IMG/VR virus record: IMGVR_UViG_3300035670_000062
Location: 1 to 64,000 of that record
Strand: one strand, 5' to 3'
Length of the DNA: 64,000 nt
Source of the DNA: a virus
Made by a program: the position numbers and the translations under genes. Of this stretch, positions 1 to 10,118 are shown one piece after another; within the stretch, counting starts at the first letter, position 1; each line of letters starts with the position of its first letter. Below the pieces are notes generated by a model, which was not told the DNA's origin, made no database searches, and saw only the letters and a list, made by a program, of their open reading frames with translations.

Positions 1-102
1 GAAGATAAGCCAAATAATGAACGTGTAACAGATTATCAAACGGATGCTAATGTCGGCTGTAAAGAATTTGAACGACCGCCTCAAATATGGGTGGCTTCTT
101 AA
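1..102 (+). CDS. 3' end of a hypothetical protein (partial, ...EFERPPQIWVAS*)
   Basis: Open frame from position 1 to TAA at 100-102. Confidence 0.5.
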   Translation, partial: EDKPNNERVTDYQTDANVGCKEFERPPQIWVAS

Positions 103-166
103 ACTGAACGCTAACTATTATATATATGTAATTGTATTTAACTTATTAAAAATTAACTAATTATAA

Positions 167-964
167 ATGAAGATTCTTGAAATTTTTGCAGAAAAATTAA
201 GATATAAAAATTATTCACCTCGAACAATTAATGTATATAAATCATATCTTAGTAATTTTATCCAACTTAATAATATAAAAGACCCACATCAGGTTACAAC
301 CAACCAAATTATTAAGTTTTTGGAATCATATAATTTTACATCAACATCTCAACAGAATCAATACATTGGATGTCTTAAATTATTTGCTAAATATATTCTG
401 AATAAGAAAGACATACATTTATCTAAAATAGAGAGACCTAAACAAGAAAAAAAATTACCTAGAGTTATTGATTCCAAATATATAAAGCTGCAGTTATATA
501 AAATAAAAAACATAAAGCATAAAACCATTTTAACATTAATTTACTCAGTAGGATTAAGGGTTTCTGAAGTTGTTAATTTAAAAATTATGGACATCGATTC
601 AAATAGGATGATTATTCATATTAAAAATGCTAAGGGAAGAAAAGATAGAATAGTACCATTATCTCAAAATGTTTTAGAATTATTGAGAAAATATTACAAA
701 GAATTCAAACCAACTGAATACCTGTTCAATGGACAAAATTCATTTCAATATTCAATAGGAAGCTGCCAGAAAATATACAAAAAATATATTGATTATAATT
801 CTTCTATTCATACTTTAAGACATTCAAGTTTTACAAACTTATTAGAGTCTGGAACTGATTTACGAATTATTCAAAAAATTGCAGGACATAGTTCAAGTAA
901 AACAACTGAAATATACACTCATGTTTCAAATCAACTATTAAATACAGTAAAACTTCCTATATGA
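167..964 (+). CDS. Tyrosine recombinase (XerD/integron-integrase-like, N-terminal SAM-like domain)
   Basis: Catalytic R-K-H-R-H-Y set intact: GLRVSE, KGRK, HTLRHS, AGH, TEIY; N-terminal YSPRTINVY. Confidence 0.92.
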   Translation: MKILEIFAEKLRYKNYSPRTINVYKSYLSNFIQLNNIKDPHQVTTNQIIKFLESYNFTSTSQQNQYIGCLKLFAKYILNKKDIHLSKIERPKQEKKLPRVIDSKYIKLQLYKIKNIKHKTILTLIYSVGLRVSEVVNLKIMDIDSNRMIIHIKNAKGRKDRIVPLSQNVLELLRKYYKEFKPTEYLFNGQNSFQYSIGSCQKIYKKYIDYNSSIHTLRHSSFTNLLESGTDLRIIQKIAGHSSSKTTEIYTHVSNQLLNTVKLPI

Positions 965-968
965 TTTG

Positions 969-1000
969 TTTGGTTATTTAAGAAATTATTCATATATTTA
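969..1000 (+). promoter_or_regulatory. Bacteroidota-type promoter TTTG-N20-TATATTTA
   Basis: Member of the repeated promoter family in this window. Confidence 0.55.
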
Positions 1001-1023
1001 TATATAATTAAAAACCAATACAT

Positions 1024-1314
1024 ATGAACTGTAAAAAATGTAATTCTGTAATTCCTCAAAAACGTCTTGAAATTTTACCTCATACTAAAGTATGTGTAAA
1101 TTGTTCCACTGAAAGTTCAAAAAGAGGAGTTCCTGTGATGAGAGGAACAGGAGACCACACTTGGGTAGATTTAGAAATTCTTACTCAAGAACAATTTAAT
1201 GAATATAATGACATGATGAATAAATCTGTAAATAAATCATTCAAAACTCCTAATGGAGTGGAAGAAGAAACTATGGAAAATAAAAAGATTAATTTAAATG
1301 ATTTAGAAGATTAA
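1024..1314 (+). CDS. DksA/TraR-type C4 zinc finger protein
   Basis: CKKC...IPQKRLEILPHTKVCVNC motif. Confidence 0.8.
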   Translation: MNCKKCNSVIPQKRLEILPHTKVCVNCSTESSKRGVPVMRGTGDHTWVDLEILTQEQFNEYNDMMNKSVNKSFKTPNGVEEETMENKKINLNDLED

Positions 1315-1316
1315 TT

Positions 1317-1973
1317 ATGCCATCAGCAAAACCTATATCTAAAACTCAAATAATGGAAGCCCTAGATAAAGTTAACTCAGTTACTGCAGTTGGAAGATAT
1401 CTAGGGGTTTCCTACATTCATATAAAAAAATATATGAAACTTTACATTGATGAAGAATCAGGTAAAACATTATTTGATAAATATAAAAACCCTAAAGGTA
1501 AAGGTATTCCTAAATTTTCTAAAACTAAAGGTTGGGGTAAAGAACCATATTTAAGAGATATTTTAGAGGGAAGAATAAGTGCTCAAAACTTTGACCATAA
1601 TAGACTTAAATATAGATTATTAGATGAAGGGTATCTAGATCAAAGATGTGATAATTGTGGTTTTTGTGAACATAGAATATCAGACTATAAAGTTCCACTA
1701 ATACTTAACTTTAAAGATAAAAATAAAAATAATTGGATTAAAAATAACATACATATGCTATGTTATAATTGTTTTTTCCTTCTTGTAGGTGAAGTATTTA
1801 CTGAAAAAGATATATCCCAACTCGAAACCTCAAACGTCATAAATAAAACATCTGAACATGTTGAATTAGAACTTGATGAATATCAAAAAGAAAGATTAAA
1901 ATCATTAGGTTTAGGTCTTGTAAAAGAAAATAACAATGATGATCCTTATTCTCTAGTTAGTTATAAAGAATAA
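1317..1973 (+). CDS. HTH + degenerate HNH-like zinc-binding protein
   Basis: N-terminal HTH-like segment, CDNC and LCYNC motifs; the usual catalytic His position reads LILNFKD. Confidence 0.6.
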   Translation: MPSAKPISKTQIMEALDKVNSVTAVGRYLGVSYIHIKKYMKLYIDEESGKTLFDKYKNPKGKGIPKFSKTKGWGKEPYLRDILEGRISAQNFDHNRLKYRLLDEGYLDQRCDNCGFCEHRISDYKVPLILNFKDKNKNNWIKNNIHMLCYNCFFLLVGEVFTEKDISQLETSNVINKTSEHVELELDEYQKERLKSLGLGLVKENNNDDPYSLVSYKE

Positions 1974-1989
1974 TATATTTATAATTGAG

Positions 1990-2145
1990 ATGAAAAATAA
2001 AAAACATAATAAAATTATTGAAGATTACGATAATCAAAAACAAAAACATCTGGAAAAGTTGGCATCTCAAATTTTAAAAAAAGACGAATATAACCAGAAA
2101 TTAAAAGAAAAAAATATTAAAGGAGATTTTCTAAAAAAATTTTAA
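1990..2145 (+). CDS. Small basic hypothetical protein (51 aa)
   Basis: ATG..TAA frame filling the gap, preceded by TATTTATA. Confidence 0.6.
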   Translation: MKNKKHNKIIEDYDNQKQKHLEKLASQILKKDEYNQKLKEKNIKGDFLKKF

Positions 2146-2150
2146 TAATT

Positions 2151-2447
2151 ATGGCTACAACTTTAAAAGTAAAGAACGAAGAGGAATGGGAGATGCTTGT
2201 GGAACAAAAAGATATAAGAATATCAAAAGCCTTAATAGATACTGTTATTAAAAATATTAATGGTAAAAAAAGATATTATCATGCTCTTTCAATTGTTTAT
2301 TTAGATGAAGATAGAATATTTGATTTAACTATAGAAAAATCTAATTTTTTATTTACATTAAAAGAAAATCTCCAAATATTCGAAAGAGAAGAACAATACG
2401 AAGAATGTGCTAAAATAAAAAAAGCCATTCAATCATTCGAAAAATAA
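2151..2447 (+). CDS. Hypothetical protein with C-terminal UVR-like motif
   Basis: EQYEECAKIKKAI. Confidence 0.6.
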   Translation: MATTLKVKNEEEWEMLVEQKDIRISKALIDTVIKNINGKKRYYHALSIVYLDEDRIFDLTIEKSNFLFTLKENLQIFEREEQYEECAKIKKAIQSFEK

Positions 2448-2468
2448 AAAAATATTAAAAAAATAGTT

Positions 2469-3200
2469 ATGAATAAAGGATTAATAGAATCAATAATAAA
2501 GAAATACTATCTTTCTGAAAACGAATCAGTAAAATGGGTTATTAAAGATAATTCATTATCCATTGATTTTACTTCTCAAAATAAAGACCTTATAGGTAGT
2601 ATAAAATGTAATAATGTTGGTATTAATGATTGTGAATTAGCAATATTTGATACAAAGAAATTATTAAACTTAATAAGTATATGTTCTGATAATTTAGATA
2701 TTTACCCATTTTCTCATAAATCAACATTCAATAAGATTCATATTAAAGATGAAAATTATGAATCAATTTACCATTTAGCTGATCCTATATTAATCAAAAA
2801 ACCTGGGACTGTAAATGTACCTAAATGGGATGTTATATTTAATATTCAAAATAAGGATATATTATCATTACTAAAAGCTAAATCAGCCTTATCAGACTCA
2901 AACAACTTATTACTAAAAGTAGAATCAAATCTTCAAACAAATAAAAGTAATTTAATATTTCATTTTGGTGATGAAAATGGATACAATAATAAAATTATGT
3001 ATAACATTCCATTACAAGAGAAATATAATGAAATTTCAATTCCATTTAGTTCAAATCTAGTAGGGAATATATTAAAAGAAAATAAAGATTCAACATCAAG
3101 TCAAATAAGTATATTTGAAAAAGGATTGATGAAAATGGAATTTAAAATTGGAGATATAGAATCAACTTATTATATTGTAAGATTAGAAATAAATAATTAA
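2469..3200 (+). CDS. DNA polymerase sliding clamp (T4 gp45-like)
   Basis: Size 243 aa, AIFDTKKLL..., Y-LADP motif, C-terminal STYYIV; replication context. Confidence 0.7.
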   Translation: MNKGLIESIIKKYYLSENESVKWVIKDNSLSIDFTSQNKDLIGSIKCNNVGINDCELAIFDTKKLLNLISICSDNLDIYPFSHKSTFNKIHIKDENYESIYHLADPILIKKPGTVNVPKWDVIFNIQNKDILSLLKAKSALSDSNNLLLKVESNLQTNKSNLIFHFGDENGYNNKIMYNIPLQEKYNEISIPFSSNLVGNILKENKDSTSSQISIFEKGLMKMEFKIGDIESTYYIVRLEINN

Positions 3201-3213
3201 AATAGTTTTAAAA

Positions 3214-3519
3214 ATGGAAGAACAAAAATTTGAATTAGAACCTTTATTTGACGCAGTAATCGTAAAACCTTTAGAAATAGAGGAGAAAAAATTTGGTAAC
3301 ATTATAGTACCTGATATTGGAAAAGATAGAAATGAACATGGAATAGTAGTAGCAATAGGACCAGGTAGACATGTAGCTGGATTAGGTTGGATACCTACAA
3401 TACTACAACCAGGAGATACAGTCATTTTACCTACAGTTGGGTTTACTAAATTACAACATGAAGGAGAGGATTATTTGATTGGAAATGAAACATTAGTATT
3501 AAGTAAAATAATAAAATAA
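3214..3519 (+). CDS. groES: Co-chaperonin GroES
   Basis: LEPLFDAVIVKP, GNIIVPD, GIVVAIGPG; directly upstream of groEL. Confidence 0.93.
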   Translation: MEEQKFELEPLFDAVIVKPLEIEEKKFGNIIVPDIGKDRNEHGIVVAIGPGRHVAGLGWIPTILQPGDTVILPTVGFTKLQHEGEDYLIGNETLVLSKIIK

Positions 3520-3523
3520 AAAT

Positions 3524-5161
3524 ATGAAAAAACAAGTTATAGAAAATGGCTCAACATCAAGAGAAAAATTATTAAAAGGGATAAATAAACTTTCAGATGC
3601 AGTAGTATGTACTTTAGGACCTAATGGTAGAAATGTTTTATACATTAAAGACCATCAAGTAATCTCAACAAAAGATGGAGTAAGTATAGCAAAACATATT
3701 CAAAATTTAGAAGACCCCATCGAAAATTTGGGAATTCAATTGATTAAACAAGCTTCAATCAAAACTGCTGATAATGCAGGTGATGGTACTACTACATCAA
3801 CGTTATTAGCTTCAAAAATGGTAAATGAGGGTGTAGTTAGACTAAATAATGGTGCTAATGCAATTGACATTAAAAGAGGAATTGATTATGCAGTAGAGAA
3901 AGTAATTAATGAAATTAAAAATGTTTCTCAACCTATAAAATCTCAAGATCAATTAGAACAAATAGCAACAATTTCAGCTAATAATGATGAATCAATTGGA
4001 AAATTAATTTCAACAGCATTAGAAAAAGTAGGAAGAGAAGGTATTGTACATATTGAAAATTCAAAAACAGGAGAAACTTATTTAGAAACAGTTGAAGGTA
4101 TGCAATTCGATAGAGGATATAAATCCCCTTATTTTGTAACTAATAACAATACTATGAGTTGTGTTTTGAATGATGTTTATATATTAATAGCAGATTATAA
4201 ATTTACACAAGTAAGAGAACTATTACCTATTTTAGAAAGTGTTTCTAGTGCAAATAAATCTTTATTAATCATTGCTGAAGATATTGATAATGAAGCATTA
4301 GCAACTTTAATAGTAAATAAAATGAGAGGTATCCTTAAAGTTTGTGCTGTTAAAGCTCCTGATTTTGGGGAAAGAAAAAAATTAATTTTAGAAGATCTTG
4401 CTGTATTAACTGGAGGTCAAGTTTTTTCACCTGAAAAAGGAATGAAATTAGATAAATTTAGTTGGGAATGGTTTGGTGAAGCGAGAGTAGTAACAGTAGG
4501 AAAAGAAAAAACAACTATAATTGATGGAAAAGGTAAAGAAAAAGACATTAATGATAGAATTGAAGAATTAGGTAATCAAATTGGTTTAGCACAAACTCCA
4601 TTTGAAAAAGAAAGATTACAAGATAGAATATCTAAATTTATTGGAGGTGTTGCAATTGTTCATGTTGGTGGAATGACTGAAACTGAGATGTATGAAAAGA
4701 AAGATAGAGTTGATGATGCTTTACATGCTACAAAAGCTGCAATTGAAGAAGGTATTTTACCTGGTGGTGGTGTTGCTTTATTAAAAGCATCTCTTAAATT
4801 AAATGACATCCCAGAAAAAAGTTCAGATTTCAATTTTGGTGTTAGTATTGTTAAAAAAGTATGTAAATCTCCTTTCATCCAAATATTAACAAATGCAGGG
4901 TATGATAATTTAAATATTATAAATCATTTAAATAAAATATTAGAAGATGGAAATGCTTGGTCTGGTTTTGATATTAAAACTAATCAACTCATAGATATGA
5001 AAGAAATGGGTATTATTGATCCTTTAAAGGTTACTAAAAACGCTTTATTAAATGCTTCATCAATTGCTGGGACTATATTATTAACTGAATGTGTAGTGGT
5101 TGATAGGAATGATGATGAAAAAGAAGATAATGGAGTTGATTTGAGTGCTCTAGGTATGTAA
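3524..5161 (+). CDS. groEL: Chaperonin GroEL
   Basis: TLGPNGRNV, TKDGVSIA, AGDGTTT, EGMQFDRGY, KAPDFG, GGGVAL. Confidence 0.98.
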   Translation: MKKQVIENGSTSREKLLKGINKLSDAVVCTLGPNGRNVLYIKDHQVISTKDGVSIAKHIQNLEDPIENLGIQLIKQASIKTADNAGDGTTTSTLLASKMVNEGVVRLNNGANAIDIKRGIDYAVEKVINEIKNVSQPIKSQDQLEQIATISANNDESIGKLISTALEKVGREGIVHIENSKTGETYLETVEGMQFDRGYKSPYFVTNNNTMSCVLNDVYILIADYKFTQVRELLPILESVSSANKSLLIIAEDIDNEALATLIVNKMRGILKVCAVKAPDFGERKKLILEDLAVLTGGQVFSPEKGMKLDKFSWEWFGEARVVTVGKEKTTIIDGKGKEKDINDRIEELGNQIGLAQTPFEKERLQDRISKFIGGVAIVHVGGMTETEMYEKKDRVDDALHATKAAIEEGILPGGGVALLKASLKLNDIPEKSSDFNFGVSIVKKVCKSPFIQILTNAGYDNLNIINHLNKILEDGNAWSGFDIKTNQLIDMKEMGIIDPLKVTKNALLNASSIAGTILLTECVVVDRNDDEKEDNGVDLSALGM

Positions 5162-5325
5162 TTATTTTAGAAAGTAAAAGTGGTGAGTTAGGTTTAAGGA
5201 TATTACTAACTATTAAATGTGAAGATCGACAATCAACCAACTTCTCTAAAATTAAAGATTTGGTTCTCTGTAGATAAAACAGGGAACCATTTCATCTTTT
5301 TTAAATTAAAAAAAAAATAAAAGTT

Positions 5326-6591
5326 ATGTTTTGGTTAATTGAAAATGAGGAACAACTAAATAAGTTCATCAATAAAAAATATGATGATGTATTTATAGAA
5401 ATTATTCCATTCTATAATAAAGAACATCCTATTAATAATCCTATTAGTTTAATTTATATTAGACCCATTAATTATTATAAGGGTTATATGTTAGCTTTAA
5501 ATCATCAAGAAACATTTTCTGTAGATATAGATAAATTAGATGATTTGATTCAATCTTTTGATAAAATTTATACATATAATAAAAAGGATTTCTTATTTTA
5601 TTTTTTTAATAAAAATATTATTGATATCTCCTTAATAAATGATTCATTTAGATCATTTAAAACATCAATCCATAAAAGTTTAGAGAATAAATCTGAATAT
5701 TCAAATTATATAATTCCAATCACAAAACATTATGAATCCTGTGAAGTTAATTTTAAAGAATTAAAACCATATTTTAATAAACCATATAATAAATTTTTCA
5801 ATGATAAAGCAATACTGGTATTCAACCATATCGAGAGAAATACAATCAAACTTGATACAAATAAATCCAAACAATTCTTCCCACACATTGATAAAGATTG
5901 TTTATATTCACACTACAACTTAAAAACAACAACAACTAGACCATCTAATACATTTGACAGTATAAATTTATTGTCTCTTGATAAAAAAAGTGGAGAAAGA
6001 ATATGTATTATTCCTAACAATGACTTATTATTTGAAATAGATATAAGCGCATATCATCCTTATCTACTATCTAAATTAATTGGATATGATTTTGGAAACT
6101 CAGACATCCATGCTGAATTTGCTGAGATATATGGAGTTGATTATGATAAAGCTAAAATTATTACATTTAAACAATTATATGGAGGTATTTGGGATGATTA
6201 TAAAGACATCCCATTTTTCAGAAAAACAATAACATATACAAACAAAATATATGAACAATATATTTCTGAAGGATTTATTGAAGCTCCAATATCAAAATAT
6301 AGATTTGAAAAAGATAAGTTAGGTGATCTTTCTCCTACTAAATTATTAAATTATATACTTCAATCTATTGAAACATCTAATAATGTTAATATATTATGGG
6401 ATATAATTAAAATAATCAGAAAAAAGAAAACAAAATTAATATTATATGTTTTTGATTCATTCTTATTAGATGTAGATAAAGATGAAAAAGATGTTTTATT
6501 TGAGATTCTAGAAATATTTAAAAAAAGAAATCTTAACATAAAAACAAAGTGGGGTTTAAATTATGAAGAATTAAAAAAAATGGAATTATGA
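5326..6591 (+). CDS. Family A DNA polymerase (short, polymerase domain)
   Basis: TTTTRPS, motif A FEIDISAYHP, motif B KAKIITFKQLYG, LNYILQS, motif C variant YVFDS. Confidence 0.8.
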   Translation: MFWLIENEEQLNKFINKKYDDVFIEIIPFYNKEHPINNPISLIYIRPINYYKGYMLALNHQETFSVDIDKLDDLIQSFDKIYTYNKKDFLFYFFNKNIIDISLINDSFRSFKTSIHKSLENKSEYSNYIIPITKHYESCEVNFKELKPYFNKPYNKFFNDKAILVFNHIERNTIKLDTNKSKQFFPHIDKDCLYSHYNLKTTTTRPSNTFDSINLLSLDKKSGERICIIPNNDLLFEIDISAYHPYLLSKLIGYDFGNSDIHAEFAEIYGVDYDKAKIITFKQLYGGIWDDYKDIPFFRKTITYTNKIYEQYISEGFIEAPISKYRFEKDKLGDLSPTKLLNYILQSIETSNNVNILWDIIKIIRKKKTKLILYVFDSFLLDVDKDEKDVLFEILEIFKKRNLNIKTKWGLNYEELKKMEL

Positions 6592-7046
6592 TACAAGAAA
6601 TAAAAAAACAATATATTTATGAGGGTAATAATATTACTCAAGAAATGTTAAAAAACAAATTATTATGTACTTTTGTCAATGAAGAAAGATTAGAATCTTT
6701 CATGGATAATATAATACATAGTTATAACATATCTTTCAATAAACTATTCATATTATCATCAGTTGATAATAATGAATTTATGATTACTTATAATATAGAT
6801 AGTAATAAAGATGGTAGCACAGAACTATCTATTATTGATGGAACTGTAATAGTTCATCGAAAAAAAGATTACAATTGTTTGTATAGTATCAATGCATTAA
6901 ACGCTATAATTAAGGAGCAAAACAATAATACATTAGATAATACGTTTATGATAAATTGGAGTTTATATAAAAACTGTATTTTATTATCTAATGAAGGTTA
7001 TCTTAAAAAAATCCCAACAAAAATATATAAAATTGTAAATTTATAG
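6588..7046 (+). CDS. Conserved phage hypothetical protein
   Basis: ORF in replication block (VHRKKDYNCLYSINALN). Confidence 0.6.
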   Translation: MIQEIKKQYIYEGNNITQEMLKNKLLCTFVNEERLESFMDNIIHSYNISFNKLFILSSVDNNEFMITYNIDSNKDGSTELSIIDGTVIVHRKKDYNCLYSINALNAIIKEQNNNTLDNTFMINWSLYKNCILLSNEGYLKKIPTKIYKIVNL

Positions 7047-7097
7047 TTTGGATATTCAAAAAATAGTTATTACATTAAAATCAAAAACAAAACAAAT

Positions 7098-7919
7098 ATG
7101 AACTTAAATGAGATCAAAAACAAGTTGTCTTCATTGAACAACAAGGGGAAGAATCAACCCAAAGAAAAAAAAGATTACACTTTAATTTACTGGAAACCTA
7201 AAACTGAGGGGAAATATCAAATTAGATTTGTTCCTTCTAAAATTAATCAAGACAATCCATTTCAAGAAATTCAAATGCATTATGGGATTGGAAAATTTCC
7301 TATAGTAGCATTAACTAACTGGGGTGAAAAAGATCCAATTGTTGAGTTTGTGAAAGCATTACGTTCATCTTCTGATAGTAATAATTGGGAAATTGCTAAA
7401 AAAATTACCCCAAAATTAAGAATATTTGCTCCTGTTATTGTTAGGGGTGAAGAAGATAAAGGTGTAAGATTATTTGAATTTAGTAAATCATTATATATGG
7501 ATTTATTATCTATTGCTGATGATGAGGATTTTGGAGATTTTACTGATATTAAAAATGGATTTGACTTTACATTAAAAGCAAATAAAATTGATGGGAGGCC
7601 TGGATTTGATTTGAGTGTTACTCCAAAACCAAAACAAACACCATTATCAACAGACTCAAAACTAGTAAGTGAATGGTTAGAAAATCAACCAGAATTACTT
7701 GAAGAAAGATATAAATATACTTATGATAAGTTAAAAGAAGAATTACAAAATTATCTTGCAGGTGGTGATGAAGATGAAGAACCTATTGAAACAAAATCAC
7801 CAACTCCAATAGCTCCTCCTAAATCAACACTTCAACCAAGAACTACACCAAAAGATAAATTTGATGCAACTTTTGAAGATGAAGACGAAGAATATGAAGA
7901 TAATGATTTACCTTTTTAA
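7098..7919 (+). CDS. Single-stranded DNA-binding protein (gp32-like)
   Basis: YWKP..QIRFVP, FTDIKNGFDF, acidic tail ending DNDLPF. Confidence 0.85.
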   Translation: MNLNEIKNKLSSLNNKGKNQPKEKKDYTLIYWKPKTEGKYQIRFVPSKINQDNPFQEIQMHYGIGKFPIVALTNWGEKDPIVEFVKALRSSSDSNNWEIAKKITPKLRIFAPVIVRGEEDKGVRLFEFSKSLYMDLLSIADDEDFGDFTDIKNGFDFTLKANKIDGRPGFDLSVTPKPKQTPLSTDSKLVSEWLENQPELLEERYKYTYDKLKEELQNYLAGGDEDEEPIETKSPTPIAPPKSTLQPRTTPKDKFDATFEDEDEEYEDNDLPF

Positions 7920-7944
7920 ATAAAAAAAATAAAATAGTTATAAA

Positions 7945-9036
7945 ATGGCAAAAAAGAAATCACTTACTGAAGCAGCAAGTAAAGAACTAAAATCTGCTTT
8001 TAGTTTAGATAATTTTAAATCAAATAAAGGTTTAAATAATAATGTTAAATTTAAAGAACAAAAATGGATTCCATTTTCAACACCTTTAGCTGAGGCATTA
8101 TCACTACCAGGAATACCAATGGGTCATATAACATTAGCTAGAGGAAGAAGTGATACTGGGAAAACTACATTAATGATAGAAGCCGCAACAGTAGCTCAAA
8201 AAATGGGTGTATTACCTATTTTTATTATTACTGAGATGAAATGGGATTTTGAGCATGCTATAAAAATGGGATTTGAAGCAACTCCTGTAATAGATCCTGA
8301 AGATCCTGAAAATGTAAATTATGAAGGATTTTTCTTATATGTAGATAGGTCAACTGTATCAACTATTGAAGATGTAGCTTCATTTATTATAGATTTAATG
8401 GATGAACAGAAAAAAGGTAATTTACCATATGACTTATTATTTTTATGGGATTCATCAGGTTCTATTCCATGTAGAATGAGTGTTGAAGCAAAAAGTAACA
8501 ATCCACAATGGAATGCTGGAGCTATGGCAACTCAATTTGGGAATTTTGTAAATCAAAAATTTACAATGTCTAGAAAATCAAATTATCAATATACAAATAC
8601 ATTTTTTGTAATTAATAAAGTAGGAGTTCAACCTGCTGATGGGCCTATGGCTAGACCTAAAATGACTAATAAAGGTGGAGATGCGTTATATTGGGATGCT
8701 TCATTAGTAATTACATTTGGGAATGTTACAAATTCAGGTACTTCTAAAGTAAAAGCTGTAAAAGGAGGTAAAAATGTTGAATTTGCTAAAAAAACAAAAA
8801 TAGCAATAGATAAAATACATTTAGATGGAGGTGTAGCAACTCAATCAACTGTAGTAGTAACACCACATGGTTTCATAGACAATACAGACTCAGCTATTGC
8901 TAAATATAAGAAACAACATTCTAATTCTTGGTTTAATGGAGAAAAAGGAGAAATTTCTATTATTGAAGATAATAGTGAATGGGATGAAAAACAATCCATA
9001 GCTGATATATTAGAAGACCTCAAGGAGGAAAATTAA
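7945..9036 (+). CDS. uvsX: RecA/UvsX-like recombinase
   Basis: GIPMGHI, Walker A GRSDTGKTT, Walker B LFLWDS, INK, GG-AL. Confidence 0.88.
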   Translation: MAKKKSLTEAASKELKSAFSLDNFKSNKGLNNNVKFKEQKWIPFSTPLAEALSLPGIPMGHITLARGRSDTGKTTLMIEAATVAQKMGVLPIFIITEMKWDFEHAIKMGFEATPVIDPEDPENVNYEGFFLYVDRSTVSTIEDVASFIIDLMDEQKKGNLPYDLLFLWDSSGSIPCRMSVEAKSNNPQWNAGAMATQFGNFVNQKFTMSRKSNYQYTNTFFVINKVGVQPADGPMARPKMTNKGGDALYWDASLVITFGNVTNSGTSKVKAVKGGKNVEFAKKTKIAIDKIHLDGGVATQSTVVVTPHGFIDNTDSAIAKYKKQHSNSWFNGEKGEISIIEDNSEWDEKQSIADILEDLKEEN

Positions 9037-9047
9037 ATAAGAAAACG

Positions 9048-9079
9048 TTTGGCTCTGTTAAGAGCCATTCGTATCTTTA
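9048..9079 (+). promoter_or_regulatory. Promoter with internal inverted repeat (GGCTC...GAGCC)
   Basis: TTTG-gctctgttaagagccattcg-TATCTTTA. Confidence 0.7.
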
Positions 9080-9095
9080 TATTAAATAAAAAACA

Positions 9096-10112
9096 ATGGA
9101 TAAAAAATCACTTTTAAAATTACTATCTGAAACTAGTCAATATACTGAAGAAAATGGGGAAAGATATTTACTTATAGATTCATTAAATTTATTCTTCAGA
9201 AACTTCAGTACAATAAATGCAGTAAATAATAATGGGCATCACATTGGAGGAGTAGGTGGATTCATGAGATCATTAGGTGCTATGATTAAACTTATACAAC
9301 CTACAAAAGTATACTGTATATTTGATGGAATAGGATCTTCACAAAACAGAAAGAACATAATAACCGAATATAAATCAGAAAGACATACTAATAGAATAAC
9401 TAATTGGGATGTATTTGAGGATTTAGATGATGAAGATGAATCTAAAGTAAATCAAATAGTTCGAATTATTCAATATTTAAAAACATTACCTGTTCATACT
9501 ACTTCTTTAGACAGGGCTGAAGCTGATGATATAATTGCTTATATAAGTAAAAAACTAATCAAATCAAAAAATGATAAAGTATTCATATTATCAAGTGATA
9601 AAGATTATCTTCAACTAATAAATAAACAAATCATGGTTTATAGACCTATTGATAAAGTTTTATACACTGAAGATAAATTTATTGAAGAATATGGAATTCA
9701 TCCTAAAAATTTCATTTTATATAAAATGCTAATGGGTGACAATTCAGATAAAATAACAGGAGTTAAAGGATTAGGTAAAACAAAACTACCTAAATTATTC
9801 CCTGAACTATTTGAAGGTGAAATTTCATTTGATGATTTAATTAATATATGTGAAAATAAATTGAAAGAACATATAATATATGCTCGTATATTATTTGAAA
9901 TAGATCGATTTAAAGATAAATTTAAAATAATGGATCTACATAACCCTATGTTAACTGAATATAATAAAATGTATTTAGATGATTTTATAACAAACAACGA
10001 AATCAGATTCCATCCAGAATTATTTATTAAAATGTATAATGAAGATCAAATTGGGAATCTTATTAGGAATGTAGACAGTTGGTTAGATGTTTGTTTTAAA
10101 CAATTAAAATAA
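9096..10112 (+). CDS. 5'-3' exonuclease / flap endonuclease (T4 RNase H-like)
   Basis: LLIDSLNL, FDG, YK..R, EADDII, SSDKDYLQL, GDNSDKITGVKGLG. Confidence 0.93.
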   Translation: MDKKSLLKLLSETSQYTEENGERYLLIDSLNLFFRNFSTINAVNNNGHHIGGVGGFMRSLGAMIKLIQPTKVYCIFDGIGSSQNRKNIITEYKSERHTNRITNWDVFEDLDDEDESKVNQIVRIIQYLKTLPVHTTSLDRAEADDIIAYISKKLIKSKNDKVFILSSDKDYLQLINKQIMVYRPIDKVLYTEDKFIEEYGIHPKNFILYKMLMGDNSDKITGVKGLGKTKLPKLFPELFEGEISFDDLINICENKLKEHIIYARILFEIDRFKDKFKIMDLHNPMLTEYNKMYLDDFITNNEIRFHPELFIKMYNEDQIGNLIRNVDSWLDVCFKQLK

Positions 10113-10118
10113 TAAAAC

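Noticed and set aside
167-964. Recombinase as proof of an integrated prophage or host junction
   Set aside because: No host genes, att-tRNA junction or repressor module are visible; the whole window is phage-like
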